From contig CBDUYR010000009.1 of assembly GCA_965371515.1 (NCBI GenBank), forward strand, positions 4,602 to 68,601: 64,000 nucleotides of DNA. The letters are read 5' to 3'. Below, piece by piece: positions 1 to 9,278 of the stretch. The stretch is from an uncultured bacterium. GTDB taxonomy: Bacteria > Krumholzibacteriota > Krumholzibacteriia > Krumholzibacteriales > Krumholzibacteriaceae. Every line of letters starts with the position of its first letter. Position 1 is the stretch's first letter. The notes below the pieces were generated by a model. That model worked only from the letters and a program-made list of their open reading frames with translations. It made no database searches and was not told the origin of the DNA. The translations under genes and the position numbers were made by a program.

Positions 1-597
1 CTTCGCGATACGCTCGGCCAGGGGTACGCCGCGCTTGCGGATACCGACCAGTATTATGTCGCCGGTGCCCCTGTTCCGTTCTACTATTTCATGAGCTATT
101 CGCGTGACGGTGCGACGGAGTTGGCTGGTATCCATCACTACGGCTTTTCTGATTTTTTTCAAGAAGACCTCCCCGCGTACTGGATGGTAAAAAAAAATCC
201 ACTCGGCCGGAGAGGCAGAATGGATACGCGGGTCCTCGAGGCATCCCTTTCCTGGCCTCCCGGACCAGATTAAAAGGTCGTGTCAGGGATGATACTATAC
301 TACGCCGGGTCCTGTTGCAACATTTTTCTCCCCAATACACAGGGAAATGGTCCTGGTTCTGATTCCGAGAAATCCCTGAAAAATCTTCTGGAAAAATTGA
401 ATATTCGTGGATTTTTCGAAGATTTCTCTTGACGCGATTTTCAGCCCATTTTCCCGCAACTCGCTACCCCGCACTGATTTGCGCCCTGCGCGAGCCTCAA
501 GGCCCCAAGAAGCGGGTTTCCTGGATATTTCGACTCCAGCCTTGCCTCAACCTGAATCTGCGCGGTACAGGCGGTCTGTGAGCCTGCCGAAAACCTG

Positions 598-606
598 TGC
601 TATAAT
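598..606 (+). promoter_or_regulatory. Putative sigma70 promoter for the HNH gene: extended -10 TGcTATAAT (TATAAT at 601-606), weak -35 gtgagc about 17 nt upstream
   Basis: Perfect TATAAT with a TGn extension lies 55 nt upstream of the ATG at 662 in a locally AT-rich stretch. A GAAGGAGGAGGA Shine-Dalgarno lies at about 646-657. Confidence 0.4.
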
Positions 607-661
607 GCAGGTAGGGCAGATGAAATGGAGAGGCACTTTCATCTGAAGAAGGAGGAGGACG

Positions 662-1894
662 ATGAAGACGATGAAGCCCGCCAACAGTTCCAGTATCTCC
701 AACCGTAAATCCACCAGAGTGATTCCCGGCAGCAAGGCTCTCAAGGGTATCCCTGACACAAGGACTCTGAAGGGTATCTCCGACAGAGAGCTCCTCGGCA
801 GGATAAGAAAGCTCTCAGACACAGAGAGAAAGACTGTGCTTTTGATTCTCGCCCATCTGATCGAGATAGACAGACGAAGCCTCTACCTGCCGCGAGGCTA
901 CAGCTCGCTCTTTGAGTTCTGCGTAAAGCACCTCGGATACTCTGAGTCCACGGCCGGCAGGAGGATCAGCATAGCCAGATGCATCAGGGACTATCCGAGA
1001 ATTTACCGGCTGCTCGCAGAGGGCAAGACGAACTTCAGCAATGTGGCAAAGATCTCTAGGATCATCACTCCGGGGAACTCCGACAAGCTCCTTGCCGGAA
1101 TCGAGGGCAGGTCCGCTCGTGAGGTCGACCTGATCGTCAGCAGGCACAGGCCGAAGAGCTCGATCAGGGACCATGTCCGGCCGGTGTATGTGATGACCGA
1201 GCTTCAGGTACCTGTCGATGCTACCAATACAGGCACTTCCGGCAAGGCCGGCAGTGGGGGAAAATCCACTCCCAACGTTGGGAGTGGAAAATCCCCCAAC
1301 TCCGGCAAGCCAACCACCGAGAGCCGGATGGTCCTCGAGCAGAGGTTCAAGGTCGAGTTCGGGGTAGATCCCGAGTTTCTCGAGAAGCTCGAGCGGGTAC
1401 GCTCTCTCCTTTCTACGAAGCATCACGCAAAACTCGAGTTCGGGAAACTCTTCGAGGTCCTGATGGACGAGTATATCGAACGTCACAGCCCCGAGAGCAG
1501 GATCAGGAGGAAGACAGCACGCGCGAAGCGGAATGCAGAGCGGAAGAATGGGAAATCCTCGCAGAAAACATGGCAGAAAGACCAGAGATCCTCGCAGAAG
1601 CCATCTGTACCCCCGCAGAAGCGGGAAGACTCTCGATATATTCCCAAGTCTGTGCGGGACGAGGTCTACGCCAGGGACAAGGGGCGGTGTACGTATGTCG
1701 CACCCGGGGGGAAACGGTGCGGCTCGAAGTGGAACCTTCAGATAGACCACATCACTCCCTTTGCCAGGAGCGGGGACAACTCGCCGGGTAACCTGAGATT
1801 GTTATGCGCGAAACATAACCGGCTGGAGGCGGAGAGAGTCTACGGGAAAAAATTCATGAAGCAGTTTCATGAAGCTGGGCATGATACCAGGTAG
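662..1894 (+). CDS. HNH endonuclease with DUF222-like N-terminal region (selfish/homing-type nuclease)
   Basis: The C-terminus carries an HNH motif (CTYVAPGGKRCGSKWNLQIDHITPFARSGDNSPGNLRLLCAKHN) with two Cys pairs. The N-terminal helical region resembles DUF222. There is a low-complexity G/S/K-rich insert. ATG start with a strong RBS. Confidence 0.8.
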   Translation: MKTMKPANSSSISNRKSTRVIPGSKALKGIPDTRTLKGISDRELLGRIRKLSDTERKTVLLILAHLIEIDRRSLYLPRGYSSLFEFCVKHLGYSESTAGRRISIARCIRDYPRIYRLLAEGKTNFSNVAKISRIITPGNSDKLLAGIEGRSAREVDLIVSRHRPKSSIRDHVRPVYVMTELQVPVDATNTGTSGKAGSGGKSTPNVGSGKSPNSGKPTTESRMVLEQRFKVEFGVDPEFLEKLERVRSLLSTKHHAKLEFGKLFEVLMDEYIERHSPESRIRRKTARAKRNAERKNGKSSQKTWQKDQRSSQKPSVPPQKREDSRYIPKSVRDEVYARDKGRCTYVAPGGKRCGSKWNLQIDHITPFARSGDNSPGNLRLLCAKHNRLEAERVYGKKFMKQFHEAGHDTR

Positions 1895-1964
1895 ACAGCA
1901 GCCAGATACATTGCAGGTACCTGGTAACCTGACGGCATCTTTCGGGCAGATCAGGCCCGGACAG

Positions 1965-2384
1965 CTATTCGCCGATAATCTTGACCAGTACACGCTTTTT
2001 GCGGCGGCCGTCGAACTCTCCGTAGAAGATCTGCTCCCATGGGCCGAAATCGAGCGACCCCCCTGTGACGGCCACTACGACTTCGCGACCCATCACCTGT
2101 CTTTTCAAGTGGGCGTCGCCGTTGTCCTCGCCCGTCCGGTTGTGGCGGTAGGCACTGATCGGCTCATGAGGCGCCAGTTTCTCGAGCCACTTCTCGTAAT
2201 CTGCGTGCAGGCCGCTCTCGTCGTCGTTTATGAAGACGGACGCGGTGATGTGCATAGCGTTGACGAGGCAGAGTCCCTCCGATATCCCGCTCTCGTCGAG
2301 ACACTCGTCGACTTGAGGTGTGATATTTATCATCGCCCTTCGCTTCGAGATCTCGAACCACAATTCCTTACGATAACTCTTCAT
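1965..2384 (-). CDS. YjbQ/UPF0047 family protein (secondary thiamine-phosphate synthase-like)
   Basis: Family-typical pattern [15 protein letters not shown] ... [16 protein letters not shown] ... [17 protein letters not shown]. Alternative start at 2429. Confidence 0.7.
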   Translation of the reverse strand: MKSYRKELWFEISKRRAMINITPQVDECLDESGISEGLCLVNAMHITASVFINDDESGLHADYEKWLEKLAPHEPISAYRHNRTGEDNGDAHLKRQVMGREVVVAVTGGSLDFGPWEQIFYGEFDGRRKKRVLVKIIGE

Positions 2385-2434
2385 CCTGAAATCCTTTCGT
2401 TGCTCCAGCGACAGTTCCAACGCTGGCATGCATC

Positions 2435-3370
2435 CTAGTAGATCAGCTTCGTCGCCACCACGCGATTGTCCGAAAATGTCGGTATCACGACCATATCGTA
2501 TTCGTCCACCAGCTCGATATCTGCAGCGTTGATCCCCTCCGACCTCGTATCGAGCAGGATGTAGATACCTCCGTCAGGCTCTATCAGTAATGTCCTGCCT
2601 TTCCAGTCTGTGACGATGTAATTCCCCTTCGAATCGATTTTCAATCCGTCGACCGACGACCCGACAGTTACCACCGTCGTGACGGTCCTGTCCACGAGAT
2701 CGATGGCCTTCAGTGTGGCATCACCCGAATTGCCGACGATCAGACGGCCGGCGGCGATGCAGAGGCCGTTGGGACTCTGGATATCCTTGTGACGCAGCCA
2801 GGCCTCGAGCGTCCCGTCCGAAAACCTGTAGATAGCGCTGTTATCACGCGACGAGTCAGAGATGTAGACGTTCCCCTTCCCGTCCACCGCAACGTCGTTG
2901 AGAAATACAGCTCCTTCGGCCGTGTGCCGTTCAACGACCTTGTCCGCCCTGATGTCGATCACAACGAGCTCGTCGATATCGCTCACGTAGATCCTGCCGC
3001 CGTAAACGGCCATACCCTTTGGAGCGTTGAGCCCCGTGACCCATTTGAGTTTCTTCACTTCCCCATCGATCGATACCCGCGAGATGAATCCCTCGCCGTC
3101 CTTCTCTCCCGGGCTGCCGGCGATATTGGAAACGTACAGTATCTCCCTGTCGAAATCCCAGCATACAGATTCGGGGGTGCTGAAAACGGGCTCTGTGGCC
3201 CACTTCTTCACGAGGTGAAAGGCTCCTGAAGAAGACGCCGCCAGAACGGTGAGAACAAGAGCAAGCGTCAAGACCAGGGCAGCCCTGCTCAAGACAGCAG
3301 CCCTGCACGAGACAGCAGCCCTGCACGAGACAGCAGCCCTGCTCGAGACAACCGATTGATTATACCTCAT
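2435..3370 (-). CDS. Secreted SMP-30/gluconolactonase/LRE-like (NHL-type beta-propeller) protein
   Basis: Repeated beta-propeller blades ([25 protein letters not shown]). N-terminal Arg-rich (SCRAAV)n tract is followed by a hydrophobic signal segment and SSSGA. ATG at 3370. Confidence 0.6.
   Translation of the reverse strand: MRYNQSVVSSRAAVSCRAAVSCRAAVLSRAALVLTLALVLTVLAASSSGAFHLVKKWATEPVFSTPESVCWDFDREILYVSNIAGSPGEKDGEGFISRVSIDGEVKKLKWVTGLNAPKGMAVYGGRIYVSDIDELVVIDIRADKVVERHTAEGAVFLNDVAVDGKGNVYISDSSRDNSAIYRFSDGTLEAWLRHKDIQSPNGLCIAAGRLIVGNSGDATLKAIDLVDRTVTTVVTVGSSVDGLKIDSKGNYIVTDWKGRTLLIEPDGGIYILLDTRSEGINAADIELVDEYDMVVIPTFSDNRVVATKLIY
3272..3346. repeat. 18-bp tandem repeat (gacagcagccctgcacga) x3 plus one degenerate copy, in-frame in the N-terminus of the beta-propeller gene
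   Basis: Direct reading of the sequence. It encodes (SCRAAV)n on the minus strand. Confidence 0.8.
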
Positions 3371-3461
3371 GAAAAACCCCCTTACCTGTTTCATATCTTC
3401 GAATATGAAACCGATTATAGGGGGCTTCACTTACTTTTTACAGTGTATTTCAATGCTGCGC

Positions 3462-4349
3462 TCAGTTGCCGTCCCAACCTCCGAGCCTGGCCCAGAGATG
3501 CCAGGCCGCATACGCCTTGAGATTTGCGTTGAGCGGCTGGCTGTGCGCCGAATCACAGCTGTACCAATCGCCGACGTTGGCGTCCTGCCAGTTGATCGCC
3601 CAGTTCGAGTCCAGCGATCCGTTGTCGTCACTGTCGTAATCACAGTTGTCGTTGGCCGCCATCTGCAGGTAGTAGATATCGTCCGGATCGTACGACTCTA
3701 TATCGGCGAAGTCGTAGAGTGTCTTGTCGTTGGCCTCGCAGTACGCCCTGATCTGCTCGTTCCTGATGTGGAGATTGCCCGTTTCCCGCGAACTGTCCAG
3801 ATGACCGGTCATATAGACGAATCTCACGCCGGGATAATCGATCTCCAGCTGGTTCATCGCCGCGAGATAATCGACTATGTACTGCTCGGTCGCCGTGCTG
3901 ACCTGGCCGCACCACGACCATATCACGACGTTGACGTCGGGATTGTCGTCGAGATAGTTCCTCGTGGCTTCCGGCCATGTGGCGCTGCCCAGATCTAAGG
4001 AGCCGAATGCATAGTCATGCAGGTCGAGCGTCCCGCCAGTGCCGCCGTTGCTGTAGTTGTAGAGGTCGTCGCCGAGGAAAGCCGCCAGACCGTCCATCCC
4101 GGTTGTGAGCTGGCTCCCGTGGGACGTATGTCCGTAAGCTATGTGAAGATTGTCTATAGCATCCTGGATCGTCGACCGGGGAACGGCCGAGATATCACAG
4201 CATGTATGATCGATTATCATGCTGACGTCTTCACCTCCGTTATCGTTGACTGATGTCGGCGAACCATCGTCGGAATCGCACGACAGGACCAGAAGCACGG
4301 CCAGAGCCGCCATCAGCACAGGCACCTTGTTTTTCAATAACATCCTCAT
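3462..4349 (-). CDS. Hypothetical Asp/Asn/Gly-rich lipoprotein
   Basis: Hydrophobic N-terminus ends in an LSC lipobox (MRMLLKNKVPVLMAALAVLLVLSCDSDD). No catalytic motif recognised. ATG at 4349. Confidence 0.5.
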   Translation of the reverse strand: MRMLLKNKVPVLMAALAVLLVLSCDSDDGSPTSVNDNGGEDVSMIIDHTCCDISAVPRSTIQDAIDNLHIAYGHTSHGSQLTTGMDGLAAFLGDDLYNYSNGGTGGTLDLHDYAFGSLDLGSATWPEATRNYLDDNPDVNVVIWSWCGQVSTATEQYIVDYLAAMNQLEIDYPGVRFVYMTGHLDSSRETGNLHIRNEQIRAYCEANDKTLYDFADIESYDPDDIYYLQMAANDNCDYDSDDNGSLDSNWAINWQDANVGDWYSCDSAHSQPLNANLKAYAAWHLWARLGGWDGN

Positions 4350-4447
4350 TCCATATCCCCCTGTCAGGTATATCCGGCACATTAAATTAAATCCATGCAA
4401 GAATCATGAGAAAAATACCTGATTCCAAAGCGGATCTCGATATACAG

Positions 4448-4476
4448 AAAAAAGGCGTGCCACCGACGTGCACGCC
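4448..4476 (-). terminator. Rho-independent terminator downstream of the TPR gene ending at 4509
   Basis: GC hairpin ggcgtgc(c)ac-cgac-gtgcacgcc. On the minus strand it is followed by a TTTTTT run (aaaaaa on plus at about 4448-4453). Confidence 0.5.
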
Positions 4477-4508
4477 CTATTCCACCTAAGGTCCGCTGTG
4501 GCAGGAAG

Positions 4509-5216
4509 TTACTTCAACCGCTCGTCGTCCGGAGCGACTTTTTTGACTTTCTCGAGCAACTCGTTGTACTCGTCTGTCTTTCCGCATTTATCAAGCAGGT
4601 CGAGATGCAGAAAATACACGTCCAGGCTGGAAACTTCCTCCTCGGGATCCTCTATGTCCTTGCCGTAGTAGGTAAGACCTTTCTCGAGCGTCGCCAGCGC
4701 TGTCTCATACTCTTCGAGATCCCTGTAGACATCGGCGAGCATTACGTATGCGTCGTAATGGGTCTCGCGCGTCTCGATTGCCTTATTCAGGGCCATGACG
4801 GCGTCCGCCAGCTCGCCCTTCTTCCAGTATGCCTCTCCCTTGTGACGCCATGGGCAGGACCACTTGGGGCTCTTCTCGTTGAGGTTATCGTAGATCGCGA
4901 TCGCCTCGTCGTACCTGTCCATCTCCAGGAGGATGTTTCCGTAGCTGAACCGGTTGCGGTTGTTCAGTTCGGCTGTGTTTTCCTCCAGTATGTCGAGATT
5001 CTTTTCCAGTTCGATGAGACTCATGTATGCCAGGACCACTGCCGCGCTGTAATTGGCCGTGTCCGCCCTCAAGGTTTCGTAGTGATCGAACGCTTTCAGG
5101 AAATTCTCCGGGGTGCGGTCCTCGAGGTAGATGCTGAAAAGGCTCTTCTCCTTGGCAAGAGCCGCTCCCGGCAGCAGGATCGCTACAGCGACGGCGAATA
5201 TTACGAGCTTCTTCAT
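4509..5216 (-). CDS. Secreted TPR-repeat protein
   Basis: Signal peptide MKKLVIFAVAVAILLPGAALA. Multiple TPR-like helical repeats. Confidence 0.65.
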   Translation of the reverse strand: MKKLVIFAVAVAILLPGAALAKEKSLFSIYLEDRTPENFLKAFDHYETLRADTANYSAAVVLAYMSLIELEKNLDILEENTAELNNRNRFSYGNILLEMDRYDEAIAIYDNLNEKSPKWSCPWRHKGEAYWKKGELADAVMALNKAIETRETHYDAYVMLADVYRDLEEYETALATLEKGLTYYGKDIEDPEEEVSSLDVYFLHLDLLDKCGKTDEYNELLEKVKKVAPDDERLK

Positions 5217-5421
5217 TCCACTCTGTCCTTTCCTCTTCCCGTCCGTTACCGCTGCCTGGAGCATCTCGTTCGGACGGCCCTGTCCATTGATAAAATATGC
5301 CGGTCCCTGCCGGCCTTCCTTTAATATAAACGCATCGACCGGTCGATTCATGCGGAATAATCCATATATCCTGGGGGGACCCGCTGATCATCATGGCCAG
5401 GCCCTTGAACCTCGTCAGTAC

Positions 5422-5493
5422 GTAGACGTTACACCCGTTGTAGACGTTACACCCGTTGTAGACGTTACGCCAGCTGTAGACGTTACGCCCGTT
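5422..5493. repeat. 18-bp tandem repeat x4 (gtagacgttacacccgtt and variants), intergenic
   Basis: Direct reading. Copies 3 and 4 carry 2-4 substitutions. Confidence 0.8.
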
Positions 5494-5584
5494 GATGATT
5501 CGCCTTGAGATATCGGATGATCCGTGACCGCATCACAGTGGATGATTCGCCTTGAGATATCGGATGATCCGTGACCGCATCACA
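5494..5584. repeat. 44-bp unit directly duplicated with a 3-bp spacer (47-bp period x2); the second copy overlaps the stop codon of the EamA-like gene
   Basis: The two copies of gatgattcgccttgagatatcggatgatccgtgaccgcatcaca are identical. Confidence 0.8.
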
Positions 5585-6422
5585 TCGGCAGAAGGATCAG
5601 GGCCAGTGCCGCCAGGACGAGACCGGCCGTAGCCACAGGACCGAGCTTTTCCTTCCATAAGGCCAGGGCGAGAAGCATCGACCCGAATATCACGGTAAGA
5701 TTGATGAATGGGAATACTATCGAAGCCGGTACGCCGCGGAGCGCCAGCAGGGTGAATACAGTGCTGAACAGATTGGGCAACCCGAGCAGGAGGCCCAGAA
5801 GGAAAGTCGAGCGGTCGAACGGGACGCGCCTTATGACTATCATCAACCACGAGAATACGGCGGCGGATGTGAACAGAAGCCATGTGAATACAAGCCTCTC
5901 CGAGTCGGGCGACATCTCGCGGAACGCCTTGAGCAGAACATCACCCGTTCCCATGACAACGAACATCGTGACCATCAGCAGCCAGAATCTCTCTCCCGCC
6001 CGATGCTCCCCCTCCGGGGCCTTTATCCCCAGCCCGAAAAGGACGATCGCCGCAGCGCCGGCCGTGAGGCCGACCCACTGGAGCGGTCCCGGATATTCGT
6101 TCCAGAGAAATATCGCGACGACCACCGGCACCGCCACGGAGAGCCGCATGACGGTCACCGGCACGGCAAGCGGTCCCTTGGAGATCCCGGCCATGAGAAG
6201 GAGAAATCCGAGAACGTAGATGATCCCCGTCACCCCACCGAGCACCAGGGTCCCGGCAGATGGCAGCTCGACGCCGCCGCGAAGGATCAGGAAAGCGAAC
6301 ACAGAGGCGAAGAGATAATTGGCGCCCGCAAGCAGCAACCTGTCGCCTCCGCGTCTTTCATTTATCTTGAGTATCACCGCTATCGTTATCGAGCATAGCG
6401 CGGCAGGAAGAAGCCAGATCAA
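5580..6422 (-). CDS. DMT/EamA-family membrane transporter
   Basis: About 10 hydrophobic helices in 280 aa with a two-half EamA-like organisation. The first codon is TTG, overlapping the upstream stop (TTGA). Confidence 0.55.
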   Translation of the reverse strand: MIWLLPAALCSITIAVILKINERRGGDRLLLAGANYLFASVFAFLILRGGVELPSAGTLVLGGVTGIIYVLGFLLLMAGISKGPLAVPVTVMRLSVAVPVVVAIFLWNEYPGPLQWVGLTAGAAAIVLFGLGIKAPEGEHRAGERFWLLMVTMFVVMGTGDVLLKAFREMSPDSERLVFTWLLFTSAAVFSWLMIVIRRVPFDRSTFLLGLLLGLPNLFSTVFTLLALRGVPASIVFPFINLTVIFGSMLLALALWKEKLGPVATAGLVLAALALILLPM

Positions 6423-8113
6423 TCGTCGCCCTCCACATACTGCCCCACGAACTGTTCCACGAAATACTTCGCCTGAAGGGGCTCGCCCGTGACCTTCTCG
6501 ATGTGCTCCGTCCAGGGAACGGTATTCCCCTGCCTGTACACTCTGTCGCGGAAGAACTCTCCCACGGCGAGATTGCCGTAGATACCTCCGTCGGCCGCTC
6601 CTCCCTCGATCATCGTCATGACGTAATGGTGAAGCTGCGATGCGATCAGCTCGCCGAGCATGTAGTTTTGGTAGTAGACGGGGCTCGAGACTATGTGGAT
6701 CTTGGCCGCCCAGTCAGGCTCGTCGCGTCCATCCGGCCGGCGCACGAGCTGGTATCTCTCGACAAGGTCCCACCAGATCGTATTCAGATCGCCTTCCGGG
6801 TCGAGGTAGAGCTCTCTCTCGAACCTGAACATCACCTGAGTCCAGCGGCTGAATATGAGCTGTCTCGCCCTCAGCGACTTCTCGAGTACCGGTGCCAGTT
6901 TTTCGGTCTCATCAGCGCCGAGTTCCAGCGCCGCCCCGATCCACCGTGGATCCTGTGCGAGCCTGCCGAAGTACATCGCCGAAGCTTCCGTCGTTGCGAG
7001 ATGCGGATACGACCTGAGCAGCCACGGGAGTTCGCGCTGTATGTACTTGTCGTAAACGGCATGCCCGAGCTCGTGAAGCATCGTTCCCATCCAGTGGACA
7101 TTGTCTTTTACGTTGCACAACACGCGGATGTCGCCTTCGCGGTCGATATCGGTGCAGAAGGCATGGGGATTCTTGCCGTCCTTTTCGTACAGGTCGGATC
7201 CTGCGATAACGTCGTCGACCGGCATCCCAATGCTTTCATAGAAATCAGCCGCCAGCGCAACGATGTCCCGCTCCCTGAAATGCCGGTTGAGATCTGCCTT
7301 ATCGTCGACCGGCGCTTCCTGGAAGAATGGGTCGGCGTAGTGCCAGGGGCGGATCTCTCCCGGAGCTATTCCGAAACGTTTCGCCAGTCCGCCGTCGATC
7401 TCTTCCTTGAGCTCCCTGAACGGCTCCGCTGTCAGCTCGTCGAGTTCGTCGAACAGCGCAGCGAGGATCTCCTCGTCCTGCTCTCCGAGCGTGAGCGACA
7501 TCGAATAATAGTTGTCGAACCCGGCCTCCCGGGCCATCTCGTTGCGAAACCGGACGAGTTCGAGAAGATCGTCGACAACTTCCTTTCCTACAGCCTTGCC
7601 CGCCTCCCAGACTACCCTGCGGTATTCGCCGTCCTCGCTCTCTCGCAACACTGAGTAGACTTCATTCGTTGTCAGCTTCTTCCCGTCGACCGCGGCCCTG
7701 AATACATTGAACCTGTTCTCCACCTTCGCCGAAAGATCGACTATCCTCTCGAGAAGCTGAGGGTCGACCTGATTTCCCAGATATCTCAGATACAGGATAT
7801 CCGCCATTCTCCTGAGCAACAGATCCTTGAGTTTGCCGGAATCGCGGGCATCGCAGACCAACTCGAACGAGGCCTTGTCGGAATAGATCCTCTCCATCTC
7901 GAGCATGATATCGGAGTATTTCCTGAAATCTTCTTCATCCCCGCTGACGGCAGCCTTCCAGTATGCGATCGATCCTTCTTTCTCGAGGGGCGCCACTCTC
8001 TCGACATGCTTCTCGATGAACATTTCGAAATCCATTTCCACATCCTTGCCGCATGAACTGAAAACCGCAGCGGCGGCCAGAATCAGTATTGCTCCCGTAA
8101 ACCGGCCCTTCAC
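6419..8113 (-). CDS. M3-family (oligoendopeptidase F-like) zinc metallopeptidase, lipoprotein
   Basis: HELGH zinc motif with a downstream Glu (TTEASAM). About 564 aa. Lipoprotein signal MKGRFTGAILILAAAAVFSSCGKD. GTG start overlapping the upstream stop. Confidence 0.55.
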   Translation of the reverse strand: MKGRFTGAILILAAAAVFSSCGKDVEMDFEMFIEKHVERVAPLEKEGSIAYWKAAVSGDEEDFRKYSDIMLEMERIYSDKASFELVCDARDSGKLKDLLLRRMADILYLRYLGNQVDPQLLERIVDLSAKVENRFNVFRAAVDGKKLTTNEVYSVLRESEDGEYRRVVWEAGKAVGKEVVDDLLELVRFRNEMAREAGFDNYYSMSLTLGEQDEEILAALFDELDELTAEPFRELKEEIDGGLAKRFGIAPGEIRPWHYADPFFQEAPVDDKADLNRHFRERDIVALAADFYESIGMPVDDVIAGSDLYEKDGKNPHAFCTDIDREGDIRVLCNVKDNVHWMGTMLHELGHAVYDKYIQRELPWLLRSYPHLATTEASAMYFGRLAQDPRWIGAALELGADETEKLAPVLEKSLRARQLIFSRWTQVMFRFERELYLDPEGDLNTIWWDLVERYQLVRRPDGRDEPDWAAKIHIVSSPVYYQNYMLGELIASQLHHYVMTMIEGGAADGGIYGNLAVGEFFRDRVYRQGNTVPWTEHIEKVTGEPLQAKYFVEQFVGQYVEGDD

Positions 8114-8526
8114 CGTCGTTCCCCCGACGTGAGGGTGATCCTCCTGCCTTCCACCTCGAGCGACGTTTTCGTGTAGGTGATCTTCGCCGTGATCAGGCCG
8201 CCTTCGAATCTGATGAGGTCTATGCCCCTGCGTTTCTCATTTTTCCCCCCGAAACACTTAGCCGGACCTTCGTAGACCCAGGGAAAGACAACGATCTGCC
8301 TGTCTTCGTCGATGACAACATCCTCGCTGACAAATCGGAATCCGCCCGCCTTGAACCATTCATCCCAGGCCTTCCGGATATTTTCTCTGCCCTTGATCCT
8401 CATCCCCGACCATGTCTCGAATACAGCGTCATCACTGAACAGGGCGACGACCCCATCGAGATCGTAACGGTCCCACGCCGAAAGCCATCCCTCGAGAGCC
8501 GAGGCTATCTCTTCTCTTGTCATCAT
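8110..8526 (-). CDS. NTF2-like/SnoaL-like small protein
   Basis: 138 aa with an alpha+beta cone-fold signature (DGVVALFSDDAVFETWSG ... W). Overlaps both neighbours by 4 bp. Confidence 0.55.
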   Translation of the reverse strand: MMTREEIASALEGWLSAWDRYDLDGVVALFSDDAVFETWSGMRIKGRENIRKAWDEWFKAGGFRFVSEDVVIDEDRQIVVFPWVYEGPAKCFGGKNEKRRGIDLIRFEGGLITAKITYTKTSLEVEGRRITLTSGERR

Positions 8527-9278
8527 TTCTTCTCCAGAGCTCCGAGTCGCGTCCTCGCCTCATCAGCCCACTCGCTGTCTGAATCGAGTTCGAGATACTT
8601 TCTCCAGGTCCCTTTCGCATTCGATTTCTCGCCCATCTTCTCCTGGGACACGGCGAGAGAATACAGCGACGGCAGGTGACCGGGATCGTCGTCGAGCGCC
8701 CGGCGGAAAGCCCTTGCCGCATTGCTGTAATGGCCCTGGTGAAACCTCGAATTGCCCAGCGCGAAATAATACTCCGCGTTACCAGGCTCTTTCATCACGA
8801 GGTCCTCGAGAACTGTCTCGGCGTTGCTGTGAAGCCCCAGCTTCTGATAGGTAACGGCCATATTGAACGAGGCTTCATGAAGATCGGAGTCCTCCCTGAG
8901 GGCATCCCTGAATTTCTCGACCGCACCGGCGTAATCACCCATGGCGGCGAGATCGAGCCCCTCGTTGTAGATCAACGCCGCGTCGAGCCTCGAATCGAGT
9001 ATGTCGAGATCTTCCGGGGACAGAGGGATGCGGATGCCCTTTCCCGCGGGCGGCGAAGCATCCGGGTCCATCCCGTTGAACTGCGCGAGCGCCTCGGCCC
9101 TCACCGCGGAGCCGTAGAAGTCCTCGGAGATCGACGCCCAGCTCTCGCCGGGGATGACCTTGTGAGTGACTATCCTGGCCGTATCTCCCGTACTGACACT
9201 CTTTCTTCCACCGCCGCACGAAGCCATCGCGGCAGCGAGTATCGAAAGTAATATTGCCGTTCCTACACGGTTCATCAT
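8523..9278 (-). CDS. LysM-like + TPR lipoprotein
   Basis: Lipobox LAAAMASCGGG. LysM-like segment (HKVIPGESWASISEDFYG ... GIRIPL). Three TPR-like repeats. ATGA overlap with larC. Confidence 0.55.
   Translation of the reverse strand: MMNRVGTAILLSILAAAMASCGGGRKSVSTGDTARIVTHKVIPGESWASISEDFYGSAVRAEALAQFNGMDPDASPPAGKGIRIPLSPEDLDILDSRLDAALIYNEGLDLAAMGDYAGAVEKFRDALREDSDLHEASFNMAVTYQKLGLHSNAETVLEDLVMKEPGNAEYYFALGNSRFHQGHYSNAARAFRRALDDDPGHLPSLYSLAVSQEKMGEKSNAKGTWRKYLELDSDSEWADEARTRLGALEKK

Noticed and set aside
1-273. Plus-strand ORF running in from the 5' window edge (ends TAA at 271-273)
   Set aside because: It has no recognisable motif and is only 90 codons. It could be the 3' end of a real gene, but the evidence is insufficient to call.
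815-1750. 311-aa minus-strand ORF
   Set aside because: Antisense shadow within the HNH gene. Long antisense ORFs are expected in high-GC DNA.
1869-2438. 189-aa plus-strand ORF
   Set aside because: It is the antisense shadow of the well-supported YjbQ gene on the minus strand.
5422-5584. Possible CRISPR array (short direct repeats)
   Set aside because: There are only 4 and 2 repeat units, with no unique spacers of 25-40 bp between them. The units are directly abutting tandem repeats, and there are no cas genes.
6503-7654. 383-aa plus-strand ORF
   Set aside because: Antisense to the M3-like peptidase gene.
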